DNA from: Burkholderiales bacterium
GTDB taxonomy: Bacteria; Pseudomonadota; Gammaproteobacteria; Burkholderiales; SG8-39
NCBI GenBank assembly: GCA_035525655.1
Contig: DATLDY010000074.1
Coordinates: 1-58,099, forward strand
Direction of reading: 5' to 3'
DNA: 58,099 bases
Shown: one piece after another, positions 27,170-37,392 of the stretch
Layout: each line of letters opens with the position of its first letter
Numbering within the stretch: position 1 is the stretch's first letter
Program-made: the position numbers and the translations under genes
Notes under the pieces: model-generated
The model's database searches: none
Seen by the model: the letters and a program-made list of their open reading frames with translations, nothing else
Told to the model about the DNA's origin: nothing

Positions 27170-27397
27170 TTACTTGGTGTCGCTCTTCTTCTTGCCTTCG
27201 GCTTTCTTCTTGCCTTCGCCTTTTTTCTTGCCGTCGGACTTCTTGTCCATGCTGCCGGACTTCTTGTCCATGCTGCCCGACTTCTCCATGCCGCTCGATT
27301 TCTTGTCCATGCCCTTCTTGTCCTGCGCGACAGCGGCGAAGCTGGTGGCCGCAAACATCGCCGCGACGAGGACCGCAAAAAGCTGCTTCATCGTCAT
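27170..27397 (-). CDS. small secreted Lys-rich repeat protein (MXKDX-pentapeptide-repeat-like)
   Basis: Start at M13 or M15 of the track ORF (27397 or 27391). AAGGGG Shine-Dalgarno. Signal peptide MKQLFAVLVAAMFAATSFAAVA/QD. Mature part is DKKGMDKKSSGMEKSGSMDKKSGSMDKKSDGKKKGEGKKKAEGKKKSDTK. Confidence 0.7.
   Translation of the reverse strand: MTMKQLFAVLVAAMFAATSFAAVAQDKKGMDKKSSGMEKSGSMDKKSGSMDKKSDGKKKGEGKKKAEGKKKSDTK
27186..27277. repeat. in-frame coding tandem repeats (18-mer x2 at 17/18 identity; 21-mer x2 perfect)
   Basis: TTCTTCTTGCCTTCGGCT (27186-27203) and TTCTTCTTGCCTTCGCCT (27204-27221). GGACTTCTTGTCCATGCTGCC at 27236-27256 is repeated exactly at 27257-27277, followed by degenerate copies. 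Confidence 0.9.
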
Positions 27398-27541
27398 CCC
27401 CTTCTCTCTGGTGGTTGTGGAAAGACCGGCCACAAGGCGCAGTCCGCTCCGTTTAACGTGTCAGGCGGGGATTGGTTGACGCGCCCGCAAAGCCGGGCAG
27501 AAACAGTGTTAAATCAACCGTCTACAGCTGGCAAAGGCGGT

Positions 27542-27547
27542 TATAAT
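27542..27547 (+). promoter_or_regulatory. putative -10 element (TATAAT) upstream of icd
   Basis: Perfect TATAAT 38 nt upstream of the icd ATG. No convincing -35 (CGTCTA at 17-nt spacing). Confidence 0.3.
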
Positions 27548-27584
27548 CAGCGCCTTTTTCCGTCCCGCAGGGAGCAATAATTCC

Positions 27585-28841
27585 ATGGCATACCAGCACA
27601 TCAAGGTCCCCACGTCCGGCGAGAAGATCCGCGTCAGGAAGGATTTCTCGCTCGAGGTGCCCGACCGCCCGATCATCCCGTACATCGAGGGCGATGGCAC
27701 CGGCGTCGACATCACGCCGGTCATGCTCAAGGTCGTCGATGCGGCGGTGCAGAAGACGTACGGCGGCAAGCGCAAGATCGTGTGGATGGAGATGTTCGCC
27801 GGCGAGAAGTCGTGCCGGGTGTACGGCGAGAACGTGTGGCTGCCCGAGGAGACGCTGGAAGCGTCGAAGGAATTCGTGGTCTCGATCAAGGGTCCGCTCA
27901 CTACGCCGGTAGGCGGCGGCATCCGCTCGATCAACGTGGCGCTGCGCCAGGAGCTCGACCTCTACGTCTGCCTGCGGCCGGTTCGCTGGTTCAAGGGCGT
28001 ACCTTCGCCGCTGAAGAAGCCGGAAGACGTCGACATGGTGATCTTCCGCGAGAACTCGGAAGACATTTACGCCGGCATCGAATGGCCCGCCAACTCCCCC
28101 GAGGCGAAGAAGGTCATCGACTTCCTCATCAAGGAAATGAAGGTCAAGAAGATCCGCTTCCCGAACACTTCGGCCATCGGCATCAAGCCGGTGTCGATCG
28201 AAGGCTCGGAGCGCCTGATCCGGCGCGCCTACCAATACGCCATCGACAACAAGCGCAGGAACGTGACCCTGGTGCACAAGGGCAACATCCAGAAGTTCAC
28301 CGAGGGCGGATTCCGCGACTGGGGCTACCAGCTCGCGGTGAAAGAGTTCGGCGCGAAGCCGATCGATGGCGGCCCGTGGCACAGCTTCAAGAACCCGAAG
28401 GGCGGGTCGGACATCATCATCAAGGACGTGATCACCGACGCGATGCTGCAGCAGGTGCTGCTGCGTCCGGCGGAGTACGACGTGCTCGCCACCACGAACC
28501 TGAACGGCGACTACATTTCCGACGGCCTCGCGGCCGAGGTCGGCGGCATCGGCATCGCGCCGGGGGCGAACCTCAGCGATACCGTCGCCATGTTCGAGGC
28601 CACCCACGGCACGGCGCCGAAATATGCCGGCAAGGATTACGTGAATCCGGGCTCGGAAATCCTGTCTGCGGAGATGATGCTGCGGCACATGGGATGGACC
28701 GAAGCCGCCGACGCGGTCGTCCGTTCCATGGAGCGCGCGATCCAGGACAAGATCGTCACGTACGACTTTGCGCGCCAGATGCAGGGCGCGAAGCAGGTCT
28801 CGTGCTCCGGTTTCGGCCAGGCGATGATCGAACGCATGTGA
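27585..28841 (+). CDS. icd: NADP-dependent isocitrate dehydrogenase (homodimeric, E. coli type)
   Basis: 418 aa, collinear with E. coli Icd ([72 protein letters not shown]). Confidence 0.96.
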   Translation: MAYQHIKVPTSGEKIRVRKDFSLEVPDRPIIPYIEGDGTGVDITPVMLKVVDAAVQKTYGGKRKIVWMEMFAGEKSCRVYGENVWLPEETLEASKEFVVSIKGPLTTPVGGGIRSINVALRQELDLYVCLRPVRWFKGVPSPLKKPEDVDMVIFRENSEDIYAGIEWPANSPEAKKVIDFLIKEMKVKKIRFPNTSAIGIKPVSIEGSERLIRRAYQYAIDNKRRNVTLVHKGNIQKFTEGGFRDWGYQLAVKEFGAKPIDGGPWHSFKNPKGGSDIIIKDVITDAMLQQVLLRPAEYDVLATTNLNGDYISDGLAAEVGGIGIAPGANLSDTVAMFEATHGTAPKYAGKDYVNPGSEILSAEMMLRHMGWTEAADAVVRSMERAIQDKIVTYDFARQMQGAKQVSCSGFGQAMIERM

Positions 28842-29611
28842 GGAACCTCGTTCGCAGCATCGCGCTTGCCGGGCTCGCGCTGTGCGCCGCAAGCGCGAAC
28901 GCCGGGTGGTCGGTCAGCGCCGACGTCGAGCAATTCAAGTGGCAGGAGGCCACCTCGCCCGCCGTGACCGAAAAGGGTCCACGCTGGGGCTTCGGCCTCG
29001 AGTACGAGCAGCTGCGTCCGGCAGGCTGGCAATTCGCGTATCGCGGACAGTTCCGCTACGGCACCGTGGACTACACCGGTTCGTTTCTGTTCGGCGGCGG
29101 CGCCGCGACGGCCCGCACCGAGTACACCGGTTTCGTCAACGAGGCCCAGGGGATCTATCGTTTTGCCGACAGTCCGTTCGGACTCGAGCTCGTAACCGGG
29201 CTCGGCTGGGAGTTCTGGGAGCGCAATATCCTTCCGGACCAGAAGGAGCATTACGACGTCGTGTTTCTGCGACTGGGCGTGAATCTCGATACCCGCGCAG
29301 CGCGCGGCTGGTTTGGCGGTGGCGGCGTGAAGCTGCCGTTCTACGTCGGCGAGAATGCGCACCTGAACGAGCTTGGATTCGACCAAAACCCGCGCCTGCA
29401 GCCGAAGGGCGAAATCAGCCTCTACGTCCAGCTCGGTTACCGCTTCACCCCGCAGTGGAGCGCAATCGGCTACTACGACAGCTATCGATTCGGGGAGTCA
29501 AAGCCCGTGGCCACGACGACCCCGGCCTTTCCCGGCTCGACCGTGCTGGTGTTCCAGCCGGCGAGCAATATCGATACGTACGGCTTGAAGATCCGGTACA
29601 GCTTCCAGTAA
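28838..29611 (+). CDS. outer-membrane beta-barrel protein, family unassigned
   Basis: 257 aa from GTG 28838, overlapping the icd stop (ATGTGA). Signal peptide [12 protein letters not shown]. Alternating aromatic/hydrophobic strand pattern. C-terminal ...GLKIRYSFQ. Confidence 0.7.
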   Translation: MRNLVRSIALAGLALCAASANAGWSVSADVEQFKWQEATSPAVTEKGPRWGFGLEYEQLRPAGWQFAYRGQFRYGTVDYTGSFLFGGGAATARTEYTGFVNEAQGIYRFADSPFGLELVTGLGWEFWERNILPDQKEHYDVVFLRLGVNLDTRAARGWFGGGGVKLPFYVGENAHLNELGFDQNPRLQPKGEISLYVQLGYRFTPQWSAIGYYDSYRFGESKPVATTTPAFPGSTVLVFQPASNIDTYGLKIRYSFQ

Positions 29612-29625
29612 CGCGCGCCAGAAAG

Positions 29626-29654
29626 GAAAAGGCCGCCCACAGGCGGCCTTTTTG
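29626..29654. terminator. bidirectional rho-independent terminator (outer-membrane protein gene / cspA)
   Basis: AAAAGGCCGCC-CACA-GGCGGCCTTTTT: a 9-bp GC-rich stem flanked by an A-run and a T-run, between convergent genes. Confidence 0.8.
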
Positions 29655-29684
29655 CGGGCGTCCGGACCGCTTAGCGGACTTCTC

Positions 29685-29891
29685 TTAGCCGGACTTCTGG
29701 ATGTTGGAGGCCTGCTTGCCCTTGGGCCCCTGCACCACGTCGAAGCTGACTTTCTGACCTTCTTTGAGGGTCTTGAAGCCGGACATGTTGATCGCCGAAA
29801 AATGGGCGAACAAGTCCTCGCTGCCATCGTCGGGCGTGATGAAGCCATAGCCCTTGGCGTCGTTGAACCACTTGACCGTCCCTGTTGCCAT
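29685..29891 (-). CDS. cspA: cold-shock protein, CspA family
   Basis: 68 aa from ATG 29891. [34 protein letters not shown] contains the RNP1/RNP2 motifs. AAGGGGAGAG Shine-Dalgarno. Confidence 0.95.
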   Translation of the reverse strand: MATGTVKWFNDAKGYGFITPDDGSEDLFAHFSAINMSGFKTLKEGQKVSFDVVQGPKGKQASNIQKSG

Positions 29892-30037
29892 GCTCTCTCC
29901 CCTTATTACTGTTGGTTGAGCTACCGGGCGCCTTGCGTCGTAGACCAAGATCCCGAGCCATGCCTGGAACTCCACGACCCCGCCGCCCGTTTTTGAACTG
30001 CTGGCAAACAGAAAGCCTGAATCCAAACACAGCCCGC

Positions 30038-30066
30038 CTTTTACGCGTCGCTCCCGCTATCGTCAA
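30038..30066 (-). promoter_or_regulatory. putative sigma70 promoter of cspA (TTGACG-17-TAAAAG), implying a ~140-nt 5' UTR
   Basis: On the minus strand, the -35 TTGACG is at 30066..30061, the spacer is 17 nt and the -10 TAAAAG is at 30043..30038. Long structured 5' UTRs are established for cspA-family mRNAs. Confidence 0.4.
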
Positions 30067-30146
30067 GAGCCGTGCCGGCGCCTGTTGCGCGCACGCAAGG
30101 CGGTGAAAAAGCACCGTAATCCGGTTGGTCCGTGCTGGGTGTCGCA

Positions 30147-30175
30147 TTGCACCTCCCCCCCACATTGATTACGAT
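30147..30175 (+). promoter_or_regulatory. putative sigma70 promoter of clpS-clpA (TTGCAC-17-TACGAT)
   Basis: The -35 TTGCAC is at 30147-30152, the spacer is 17 nt and the -10 TACGAT is at 30170-30175, about 70 nt upstream of the clpS ATG. Confidence 0.35.
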
Positions 30176-30244
30176 ACTCAGAGGAACTGCGCGAGCGCAG
30201 AACTTGTCAGATTTTCTGGGGGGCACGGGGCGCGTAGCGGCGGC

Positions 30245-30553
30245 ATGGCGCAGCAAAAGGACGACACCCTACTCGAGGCGCAGCGCAGCAAGCTGAAGCC
30301 TCCGTCGATGTTCAAGGTCATGCTGCTGAACGATGACTACACGCCGATGGAGTTCGTAGTGTTGGTGCTGCAGAAGTTCTTCAGCATGACCCGGGAGAGG
30401 GCCACCCAGGTGATGCTGAAAGTGCACCGGGAAGGCATTGGCATCTGCGGGGTTTATCCGCGGGATGTCGCGACCACCAAAGTGCAGCAAGTCGCGGCAT
30501 ACTCCCGGAAGCATCAGCACCCGCTGCAGTGCGTAATGGAACCGCAGGATTAG
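30245..30553 (+). CDS. clpS: ATP-dependent Clp protease adaptor ClpS
   Basis: 102 aa from ATG 30245. [27 protein letters not shown]...[19 protein letters not shown] matches ClpS. Confidence 0.95.
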   Translation: MAQQKDDTLLEAQRSKLKPPSMFKVMLLNDDYTPMEFVVLVLQKFFSMTRERATQVMLKVHREGIGICGVYPRDVATTKVQQVAAYSRKHQHPLQCVMEPQD

Positions 30554-30594
30554 AGTGACGAGGTAAGGAACAGGATGAAAGCGCAGAGGCAGGA

Positions 30595-32856
30595 ATGATC
30601 GCCCAGGAACTCGAAGTCAGTCTGCACATGGCGTTCGTGGAAGCCCGCCAGAAACGCCACGAATTCATCACCGTCGAGCACCTGCTCCTCGCGCTGCTGG
30701 ACAACCCCACCGCCGCCGAGGTGCTGCGCGCGTGCGGCGCCAACATGGACGAGCTGCGCAAGAACCTGACGCAGCACATTGCCGAGCAGACCCCGCGCAT
30801 CGCGGCAGACCGCGAGGTGGACACGCAGCCCACGCTCGGCTTTCAGCGCGTGATCCAGCGCGCCATCCTGCATGTGCAGTCTTCCGGCAAGAAAGAGGTC
30901 ACCGGCGCCAACGTGCTGGTGGCGATCTTCGGCGAGAAGGACTCGCACGCGGTCTACTTCCTCCAGCAGCAGGGCATCGCGCGGCTCGACGTCGTGAACT
31001 ACATCTCGCACGGCATCACCAAGACGCCGCAGGCCCATCAGGGCAAGACCGACCAGGACGCCGAGCAGGAAGGCCAGGCGGAGACCTCGAACAGCCCGCT
31101 CGACAACTACACACAGAACCTGAACGCCCAGGCACTGGCCGGCAAGATCGACCCGCTGATCGGGCGCGACAAGGAGCTCGAGCGCGTGGTGCAGACGCTG
31201 TGCCGGCGCCGCAAGAACAACCCCCTCCTCGTCGGCGAAGCCGGCGTAGGCAAGACCGCTATCGCCGAAGGCCTCGCCCGGCGCATCGTCGAGGGCAATG
31301 TCCCGGATCTCTTGGCCAAGTGCACGGTCTATGCGCTCGACATGGGCGCCCTTCTCGCCGGCACCAAGTACCGCGGCGACTTCGAGCAGCGCCTCAAGGC
31401 GGTGCTGAAGCAGCTCGTCGACAATCCGAACGCGATCCTCTTCATCGACGAGATCCATACGGTGATCGGCGCCGGCGCCGCCTCGGGCGGAACGCTGGAC
31501 GCCTCGAACCTGTTGAAGCCGGTGCTCTCGACCGGGCAGCTGAAGTGCATCGGCGCCACGACCTACAACGAATATCGCGGCGTCTTCGAGAAAGACCACG
31601 CGCTGTCGCGGCGCTTCCAGAAGATCGACGTCACGGAGCCCTCGGTCGACGAGACGGTCGAGATCCTGAAAGGGCTCAAGACCCGCTTTGAGGCGCACCA
31701 CAGCGTCAAATACACGGCGAACGCGCTCACCACGGCCGCGGAACTCTCGGCGCGCTACATCAACGACCGCCATCTGCCGGACAAGGCGATCGACGTGATC
31801 GACGAGGCCGGCGCGGCACAACGCATTGCGCCCAAGGCCAAGCAGAAGCGCATCATCGGCAAGGCGGAGATCGAGGAGATCATCGCGAAAATCGCGCGCA
31901 TCCCGCCGCGTACCGTCTCTACCGACGATCGCAGCGCGCTCGCCAATCTCGATCGCGACCTGAAAGCCGTGGTCTTCGGCCAGGACCGCGCGATCGATGC
32001 GCTCTCCTCCGCGATCAAGATGGCGCGCTCGGGGCTGGGCAATCCGCAAAAGCCGATCGGCAACTTTCTGTTCTCAGGCCCCACCGGCGTCGGCAAGACC
32101 GAGGTTGCGCGCCAGCTCGCCTATTGCATGGGCATCGAGCTCATCCGCTTCGATATGTCCGAGTACATGGAGCGCCATGCGGTAAGCCGCCTGATCGGCG
32201 CGCCGCCGGGATACGTCGGCTTCGAGCAAGGGGGCCTGCTCACCGAGCAGATCACGAAGAAGCCCTACTCGGTGCTGCTCCTCGACGAGATCGAGAAGGC
32301 GCACCCGGACATCTTCAACGTGCTCCTTCAGGTGATGGACCACGGCACGCTCACCGACAACAATGGCCGCAAGGCGGACTTCCGCAACGTGGTGATCGTG
32401 ATGACCACCAACGCCGGCGCGGAATCCCTCGCCCGGACGCAGATGGGGTTCACGCCGTCGCTCAAGATGGGCGACGAGATGGAAGCCATCAAGCGGATGT
32501 TCACGCCCGAGTTCAGGAACCGCCTCGACGCGATCATCTCGTTTGGCGCCCTGGACGAGAAAACCATCATGCTGGTGGTGGAGAAGTTCCTCATGCAGCT
32601 GGACGAGCAGCTCGCCGAGAAGAAAGTCGAGGCCAGTTTCTCCTCCGCGCTGAAAGACCACCTGGCGAAAAAAGGCTTCGACCCGCTGATGGGCGCGCGC
32701 CCGATGGCGCGCCTCATCCAGGACACCATCCGCCGCGCGCTTGCCGACGAGCTCCTGTTCGGCCGCCTGCAGCACGGGGGCAAGGTGGCGATCGACATCG
32801 GCGCGGACGACAAAATCACGCTCGCCTTCGAAGAGGAGCCGGCGCCGGTCGCCTGA
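30595..32856 (+). CDS. clpA: ATP-dependent Clp protease ATP-binding subunit ClpA
   Basis: 753 aa. Clp_N repeat and two AAA+ modules ([18 protein letters not shown]; [21 protein letters not shown]). Confidence 0.97.
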   Translation: MIAQELEVSLHMAFVEARQKRHEFITVEHLLLALLDNPTAAEVLRACGANMDELRKNLTQHIAEQTPRIAADREVDTQPTLGFQRVIQRAILHVQSSGKKEVTGANVLVAIFGEKDSHAVYFLQQQGIARLDVVNYISHGITKTPQAHQGKTDQDAEQEGQAETSNSPLDNYTQNLNAQALAGKIDPLIGRDKELERVVQTLCRRRKNNPLLVGEAGVGKTAIAEGLARRIVEGNVPDLLAKCTVYALDMGALLAGTKYRGDFEQRLKAVLKQLVDNPNAILFIDEIHTVIGAGAASGGTLDASNLLKPVLSTGQLKCIGATTYNEYRGVFEKDHALSRRFQKIDVTEPSVDETVEILKGLKTRFEAHHSVKYTANALTTAAELSARYINDRHLPDKAIDVIDEAGAAQRIAPKAKQKRIIGKAEIEEIIAKIARIPPRTVSTDDRSALANLDRDLKAVVFGQDRAIDALSSAIKMARSGLGNPQKPIGNFLFSGPTGVGKTEVARQLAYCMGIELIRFDMSEYMERHAVSRLIGAPPGYVGFEQGGLLTEQITKKPYSVLLLDEIEKAHPDIFNVLLQVMDHGTLTDNNGRKADFRNVVIVMTTNAGAESLARTQMGFTPSLKMGDEMEAIKRMFTPEFRNRLDAIISFGALDEKTIMLVVEKFLMQLDEQLAEKKVEASFSSALKDHLAKKGFDPLMGARPMARLIQDTIRRALADELLFGRLQHGGKVAIDIGADDKITLAFEEEPAPVA

Positions 32857-32876
32857 TCCTGTCCACTTAGCGATAG

Positions 32877-32917
32877 GCAAAGGCCGCCTCGGGCAACCGA
32901 GCCGGCCTTTGCTTTTG
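32877..32917 (+). terminator. rho-independent terminator of clpA
   Basis: GCAAAGGCCG (32877-32886) pairs with CGGCCTTTGC (32903-32912). An inner CTCGG/CCGAG extension is present. Followed by TTTT. Confidence 0.8.
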
Positions 32918-32955
32918 CAGGGCCGCGGATTACGCTGCTCCTCCACGGAGGACAG

Positions 32956-33255
32956 ATGACCCGAATTTCGCTCATTGCCGTGCTGGCGTGCGCCGCCTTG
33001 CCGGTCCAGGCCCAGGACAGTCCGGCCGCCCGAACCCTGGCCGCGACGTGCGCAAGCTGTCACGGCAGCGAAGGGCGCAGCGTGACTAAGGAAGTCGCGT
33101 CCCTCGCCGGCCTGCCCCGGGAGCACATCACCAGCTCGATGAAGGCGTTCCGCGACGGCTCGCGCCCGGCGACGGTGATGCACCAGATCGCCAAGGGCTA
33201 CAGCGACCAGCAGATCGACCTGATGGCCGACTACTTCTCGCGGAGGCCGCGATGA
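32956..33255 (+). CDS. fccA: monoheme cytochrome c subunit of flavocytochrome c sulfide dehydrogenase (FccA/SoxE-like)
   Basis: 99 aa. Signal peptide ACAALPVQA/QD. Single CASCH heme-binding site. The stop overlaps the fccB start (ATGA). Confidence 0.75.
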   Translation: MTRISLIAVLACAALPVQAQDSPAARTLAATCASCHGSEGRSVTKEVASLAGLPREHITSSMKAFRDGSRPATVMHQIAKGYSDQQIDLMADYFSRRPR

Positions 33256-34496
33256 AACGCCGCCAGTTCCTTCAGGCTGCCGGCGCGCTTGCAATCGCCG
33301 GCTGCGCTACCCCCGGCGAGGCCGGACGGCCGCGCGTGCTCGTCATCGGCGGCGGCTTCGGTGGCGCCACCGTCGCGAAGTACGTGCGGCTGTGGGATCC
33401 GGGCATCGACGTGATGCTGGTCGATCGCAGCGAAGAATTCGTGTCATGCCCGATCTCCAACCTGGTCCTCGGCGGCAACCGAACGATGCGCGACATCACG
33501 CACCGCTACGACGGGCTGCGCAAATACGGCGTGCAACTGCTCACCGGTGATGCGGTGGCGGTCGACAGTACGAAGAAGTTCGTCACTTTCGGCCGCGGCA
33601 GCGTATTGACCTACGACCGGTTGGTGATCTCGCCGGGGGTGGATTTCCTCTTCGACGAAGTCGAAGGCTACGCCGGGCAGGATCGCATCCTGCACGCGTG
33701 GAAGGCGGGGCTGCAGACCGTCGAGCTGCGGCGGCAGCTCGAAGCGATGCCCGATGGCGGCGTCTATGTGCTCTCCGTGCCGCCGGCGCCGTACCGATGC
33801 CCGCCGGGGCCCTACGAGCGCGCCTGCCAGGTCGCGCATTACTTCAGGCAGGCAAAGCCGCGCTCCAAGGTCCTCGTTCTCGACGCCAATCCGGACGTCA
33901 CGTCGAAGCCGGCGCTTTTCAAGCGTGCGTGGGAGGATCTCTACAAAGGCATCGTCGAATTCCGGCCCAATTCCAAAGTGGTCGCTGTCGATGCGAAGGC
34001 GATGACCGTGCGCACGGATTTCGACACGGTGAAGGGCGACGTGCTGAACATAGTGCCGCCGCAGCGCGCCGCCGACATCGCCGTGAAAGCGGGGCTCATC
34101 ACACACAACAACCGCTGGTGCGACGTCGACTGGCGCACGATGGAATCAAAGGCGGTCAGGGGCATCCACGTGCTGGGCGACGCGACCCTGTCGGCGACCG
34201 GCATGCCCAAGTCCGGACACATGGCCAACTCACACGCCAAGGTGGCGGCCGCAGCCCTGGTGGAGATGCTGAACGGACGCGAGCCGAATCCGAATCCGGT
34301 GATGAACAACACGTGCTACAGCTTCGTGTCCGACAAGGAGGTGATCCACGTCGCGTCGGTGCACCAGTACGACCCGGGGCAGAACACGATCATTCCGGTG
34401 AAGGGCGCAGGCGGAGTGTCTGCCGCGCGCAGCGAGCTCGAAGGCTCTTATGGATGGAGCTGGGCCCGCAATATCTGGGCCGACATGCTGACCTGA
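33252..34496 (+). CDS. fccB: flavocytochrome c sulfide dehydrogenase flavoprotein subunit (FccB/SoxF-like)
   Basis: 414 aa. Tat motif KRRQFL. FAD fold VLVIGGGFGGAT. YRCPPGPYERAC redox-cysteine region. FCSD C-terminal domain. Confidence 0.82.
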   Translation: MKRRQFLQAAGALAIAGCATPGEAGRPRVLVIGGGFGGATVAKYVRLWDPGIDVMLVDRSEEFVSCPISNLVLGGNRTMRDITHRYDGLRKYGVQLLTGDAVAVDSTKKFVTFGRGSVLTYDRLVISPGVDFLFDEVEGYAGQDRILHAWKAGLQTVELRRQLEAMPDGGVYVLSVPPAPYRCPPGPYERACQVAHYFRQAKPRSKVLVLDANPDVTSKPALFKRAWEDLYKGIVEFRPNSKVVAVDAKAMTVRTDFDTVKGDVLNIVPPQRAADIAVKAGLITHNNRWCDVDWRTMESKAVRGIHVLGDATLSATGMPKSGHMANSHAKVAAAALVEMLNGREPNPNPVMNNTCYSFVSDKEVIHVASVHQYDPGQNTIIPVKGAGGVSAARSELEGSYGWSWARNIWADMLT

Positions 34497-34522
34497 AGCG
34501 CTAGGATGCGCGGCGGAGCCGC

Positions 34523-34969
34523 TTAGCGCCCCGTGGAGCCGAACCCGCCTGCGCCGCGCGTGCTGGCGGCGAACTCGTCCACGACTTCGAACTCGACCTG
34601 CATCACGGGCACCACGACGAGCTGGGCAATGCGATCGAGCGGCTGGATGGAGAACGGGGCTTTTCCACGGTTCCACACCGAGATCATCAGCGGTCCCTGA
34701 TAGTCGGAGTCGATGAGGCCGACCAGGTTGCCCAGCACGATGCCGTTCTTGGAGCCAAGACCGGAGCGCGGCAATATCACTGCTGCGTACCCCGGATCCC
34801 CGAGGTGGATGGCGATCCCCGACGAGACGAGCTGGCTGTCTCCCGGCGCGAGGGCGAGCGGCGCCTGGAGGCAAGCGCGCAAATCCAGGCCGGCGGCGCC
34901 CGGCGTGGCGTAATGCGGCAGCATCGTGCGGATCCTCTCGTCGAGGATCCTCACTTCGAGCTTTCTCAT
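34523..34969 (-). CDS. dut: dUTP diphosphatase
   Basis: 148 aa. [23 protein letters not shown] and [10 protein letters not shown] are the five dUTPase motifs. Confidence 0.96.
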   Translation of the reverse strand: MRKLEVRILDERIRTMLPHYATPGAAGLDLRACLQAPLALAPGDSQLVSSGIAIHLGDPGYAAVILPRSGLGSKNGIVLGNLVGLIDSDYQGPLMISVWNRGKAPFSIQPLDRIAQLVVVPVMQVEFEVVDEFAASTRGAGGFGSTGR

Positions 34970-36159
34970 TTCCGGGCCGGCAGCATTGCCGCGACGTGCG
35001 CGACCAGCTTGCGCGCCAGCTCGATCTTCGGGCCGTGCCCGAGGTCATGGGCACCGCGATCATCGTACAGCCGTATCGCGTTATCGTCGGCGCCCAGCGC
35101 GTTCTGCGCCAGGTTCGCCGCGAGCAACGGCACCTTTTTCCGCGCGCGCTTCTCCATCGCATTGCGCTCGAGGTCCTCGCTCTCGGCGGCGAAGCCGACG
35201 CAGAACGGCGCGTTCTTCATCGACGCCACGTAGGCCAGGATGTCCGCGTTCTCTTCAAGCTCGAGCGTCACGGCGCGGCCGTTGACCTTCTTCATCTTGC
35301 TCGACGAGCGGTTCTTCACTTTGTAATCTGCCACCGCCGCGACCGAGATGAACACATCGCTGCGGGCGGCCGCTGCCTTCACTGCTTCGAACATCTCGTC
35401 CGCGGTCCGCACATCGACGCGGGCGACGCCGGCGGGCGTGGCGAGTGCCACGGGACCGCTGATCAGCGTGACGTTGGCCCCGGCCTCTTGCGCGGCGCGC
35501 GCCACGGCATAACCCATCTTGCCGGAGCTCGAGTTGGTGAGCATGCGGACCGGGTCGACCGGTTCCTCGGTGGGACCCGCGGTGACGAGCACCTGCCGGC
35601 CGGCCAGCGCCTTCGGCTGCAGAAGCGCTTCGATCTCGCCGACGATCGCGGCCGGCTCCAACATGCGGCCCACACCGACTTCGCCGCAGGCCTGGTCGCC
35701 CGCTGCCGGGCCCGCCAGCACCACGCCGTCTTCGCGCAGGCGCTTCACGTTGCGCTGCGTGGGAGCGTTCTGCCACATCTCGACGTTCATTGCCGGCGCG
35801 ACGAGGAGCGGGCACCGGCGCGCCAGGCAGATCGCCGAGAGCAAATCGTCGGCGCGGCCCGCCGCGAGCTTGGCGATGAAATCTGCCGACGCCGGAGCGA
35901 TGGCGATCAGGTCGCGATCGCGCGAGAGCTCGATATGGCCCATGTTGTCGGGCACCCGGTTGTCCCACATGTCGGTCCAGACGGGCTGCCCGGAAAGCGC
36001 CTGCAGGGTGACCGGGGTTATGAAGCGCGTCGCGGCCTGCGTCATTGCGACGCGGACGTCCGCGCCGCCCTTGATGAGCAGGCGCGTCAGCTCGGCGGCC
36101 TTATAGGCGGCGATGCCGCCCGTCAGGCCGAGGAGAATCTTCTTTCCCTTCAACGTCAT
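34966..36159 (-). CDS. coaBC: bifunctional phosphopantothenoylcysteine decarboxylase/synthetase
   Basis: 397 aa from ATG 36159 (M18 of the track ORF). [20 protein letters not shown] and SSGKMG are present. The stop overlaps the dut start. Confidence 0.94.
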   Translation of the reverse strand: MTLKGKKILLGLTGGIAAYKAAELTRLLIKGGADVRVAMTQAATRFITPVTLQALSGQPVWTDMWDNRVPDNMGHIELSRDRDLIAIAPASADFIAKLAAGRADDLLSAICLARRCPLLVAPAMNVEMWQNAPTQRNVKRLREDGVVLAGPAAGDQACGEVGVGRMLEPAAIVGEIEALLQPKALAGRQVLVTAGPTEEPVDPVRMLTNSSSGKMGYAVARAAQEAGANVTLISGPVALATPAGVARVDVRTADEMFEAVKAAAARSDVFISVAAVADYKVKNRSSSKMKKVNGRAVTLELEENADILAYVASMKNAPFCVGFAAESEDLERNAMEKRARKKVPLLAANLAQNALGADDNAIRLYDDRGAHDLGHGPKIELARKLVAHVAAMLPARK

Positions 36160-36212
36160 CGGGCAGGCGGCTGGGCCGTTAAGGGGGAGAGCGATTGTAA
36201 GGGAAATCAATC

Positions 36213-36884
36213 ATGGCCATTTCCGACTGGCCGGCGACCGAGCGCCCCCGCGAACGGTTGCTCGCGAAGGGCGCGGCGGCATTGACCGACGCGGAGCTCG
36301 TGGCCGTGCTGCTCCGGACCGGCGTTCGTGGCAAAAGCGCCGTGGATCTGGCGCGCGAAATGATCGATCGGTTCAAGGGAGTGAATGGCTTGCTCGCACC
36401 GGGCGCCGACCTGCGCGGCATCAAAGGGCTCGGCAATGCGAAGCGTGCGCAGCTCGAAGCCGCGCTGGAGCTAGCCCGGCGCTCGATGCACGAGCAATTG
36501 CGCCAGCGGCCTGCGCTGACTTCACCGACCGCAGTGCGCGACTACTTGCGCCTGTCGCTCGCCGCCCTGCCGCACGAGGTGTTCATGTGCATCTGGCTCG
36601 ATGCCCAGCACAAGGTGCTGGCGATCGAAGAGCCGTTTCGCGGCACGCTCACGCAGACCAGCGTCTACCCGCGCGAAATCGTCAAGGCAGCGCTCCGGAA
36701 CAACGCCGCGGCCGTAATCTTTGCCCACAACCATCCATCGGGCGTCGCGCAGCCGAGCCAAGCGGATGAGCTCCTGACCCGCAACCTGAAGGACGCCCTC
36801 TCGCTCGTTGAGGTCAAGGTGCTCGATCATTTCATCGTCGCGGGCGCGCAGGCGATCTCGTTCGCCGAGCGCGGATTGCTCTGA
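36213..36884 (+). CDS. radC: RadC-family JAMM-motif protein (YicR-like)
   Basis: 223 aa. [21 protein letters not shown] and the JAMM motif AHNHPSG are present. Conserved position upstream of rpmB-rpmG. Confidence 0.92.
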   Translation: MAISDWPATERPRERLLAKGAAALTDAELVAVLLRTGVRGKSAVDLAREMIDRFKGVNGLLAPGADLRGIKGLGNAKRAQLEAALELARRSMHEQLRQRPALTSPTAVRDYLRLSLAALPHEVFMCIWLDAQHKVLAIEEPFRGTLTQTSVYPREIVKAALRNNAAAVIFAHNHPSGVAQPSQADELLTRNLKDALSLVEVKVLDHFIVAGAQAISFAERGLL

Positions 36885-36929
36885 TTCCGCTGTATAATCC
36901 GCGCCTTTCGCGAATTCCCGGAGCATCCG

Positions 36930-37178
36930 ATGTCCCGAGTCTGCCAAGTGACCGGCAAGAAGCCGATGAAGGGCCACCACGTCTCGCACGCCAACAACAA
37001 GACGATCCGCACCTTCGAACCGAACCTGCATTACCGCCGTTTCTGGGTTGAGACCCAGAACCGCTGGGTCCGGCTGAGGGTCTCGACGGCGGGCCTGCGG
37101 CGCATCGACAAGCTCGGTGTGGAAGCCGTACTCGCGGAGATCAAGGCCAAGAAGGCCGCATCCCATACGAAAGGCTAG
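36930..37178 (+). CDS. rpmB: 50S ribosomal protein L28
   Basis: 82 aa. [33 protein letters not shown] matches L28. Confidence 0.96.
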   Translation: MSRVCQVTGKKPMKGHHVSHANNKTIRTFEPNLHYRRFWVETQNRWVRLRVSTAGLRRIDKLGVEAVLAEIKAKKAASHTKG

Positions 37179-37180
37179 TC

Positions 37181-37336
37181 ATGCGCGAAAAAATCAAGCT
37201 CGAATCGTCCGCTGGCACCGGCCACTTCTACACCACGACCAAGAACAAGCGCACCACCCCTGACAAGCTCGAGATCAAGAAGTACGACCCCAAGGCGCGC
37301 AAGCACGTGATCTACAAGGAAACGAAGCTAAAGTAG
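37181..37336 (+). CDS. rpmG: 50S ribosomal protein L33
   Basis: Not in the ORF track because it is only 51 aa. My own translation is [51 protein letters not shown], from an ATG 2 nt after the rpmB stop to TAG 37334-37336. Confidence 0.93.
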   Translation: MREKIKLESSAGTGHFYTTTKNKRTTPDKLEIKKYDPKARKHVIYKETKLK

Positions 37337-37352
37337 CCACCGCCACCGTCAC

Positions 37353-37381
37353 AAAAAAGCCCGCCGAAGCGGGCTTTTTTT
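37353..37381. terminator. bidirectional rho-independent terminator (rpmG / outer-membrane protein gene)
   Basis: AAAAAAGCCCGC-CGAA-GCGGGCTTTTTTT: a 7-bp stem flanked by an A-run and a T-run, between convergent genes. Confidence 0.85.
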
Positions 37382-37392
37382 CGCCATACCGC

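Noticed and set aside
27186-27330. Short tandem repeats considered as a possible CRISPR-like array.
   Set aside because: The units are directly adjacent with no spacers, are 18 and 21 bp long (multiples of three), and lie in frame inside a small secreted-protein gene. This is a coding tandem repeat. No cas genes are present.
29892-30244. The 353-nt cspA-clpS intergenic region, considered as a possible novel sRNA locus.
   Set aside because: It is adequately explained by a long cspA-type 5' UTR (about 140 nt) plus plausible divergent promoters for cspA and clpS. The track ORFs here (29885..30106, 30041..30256) look non-coding.
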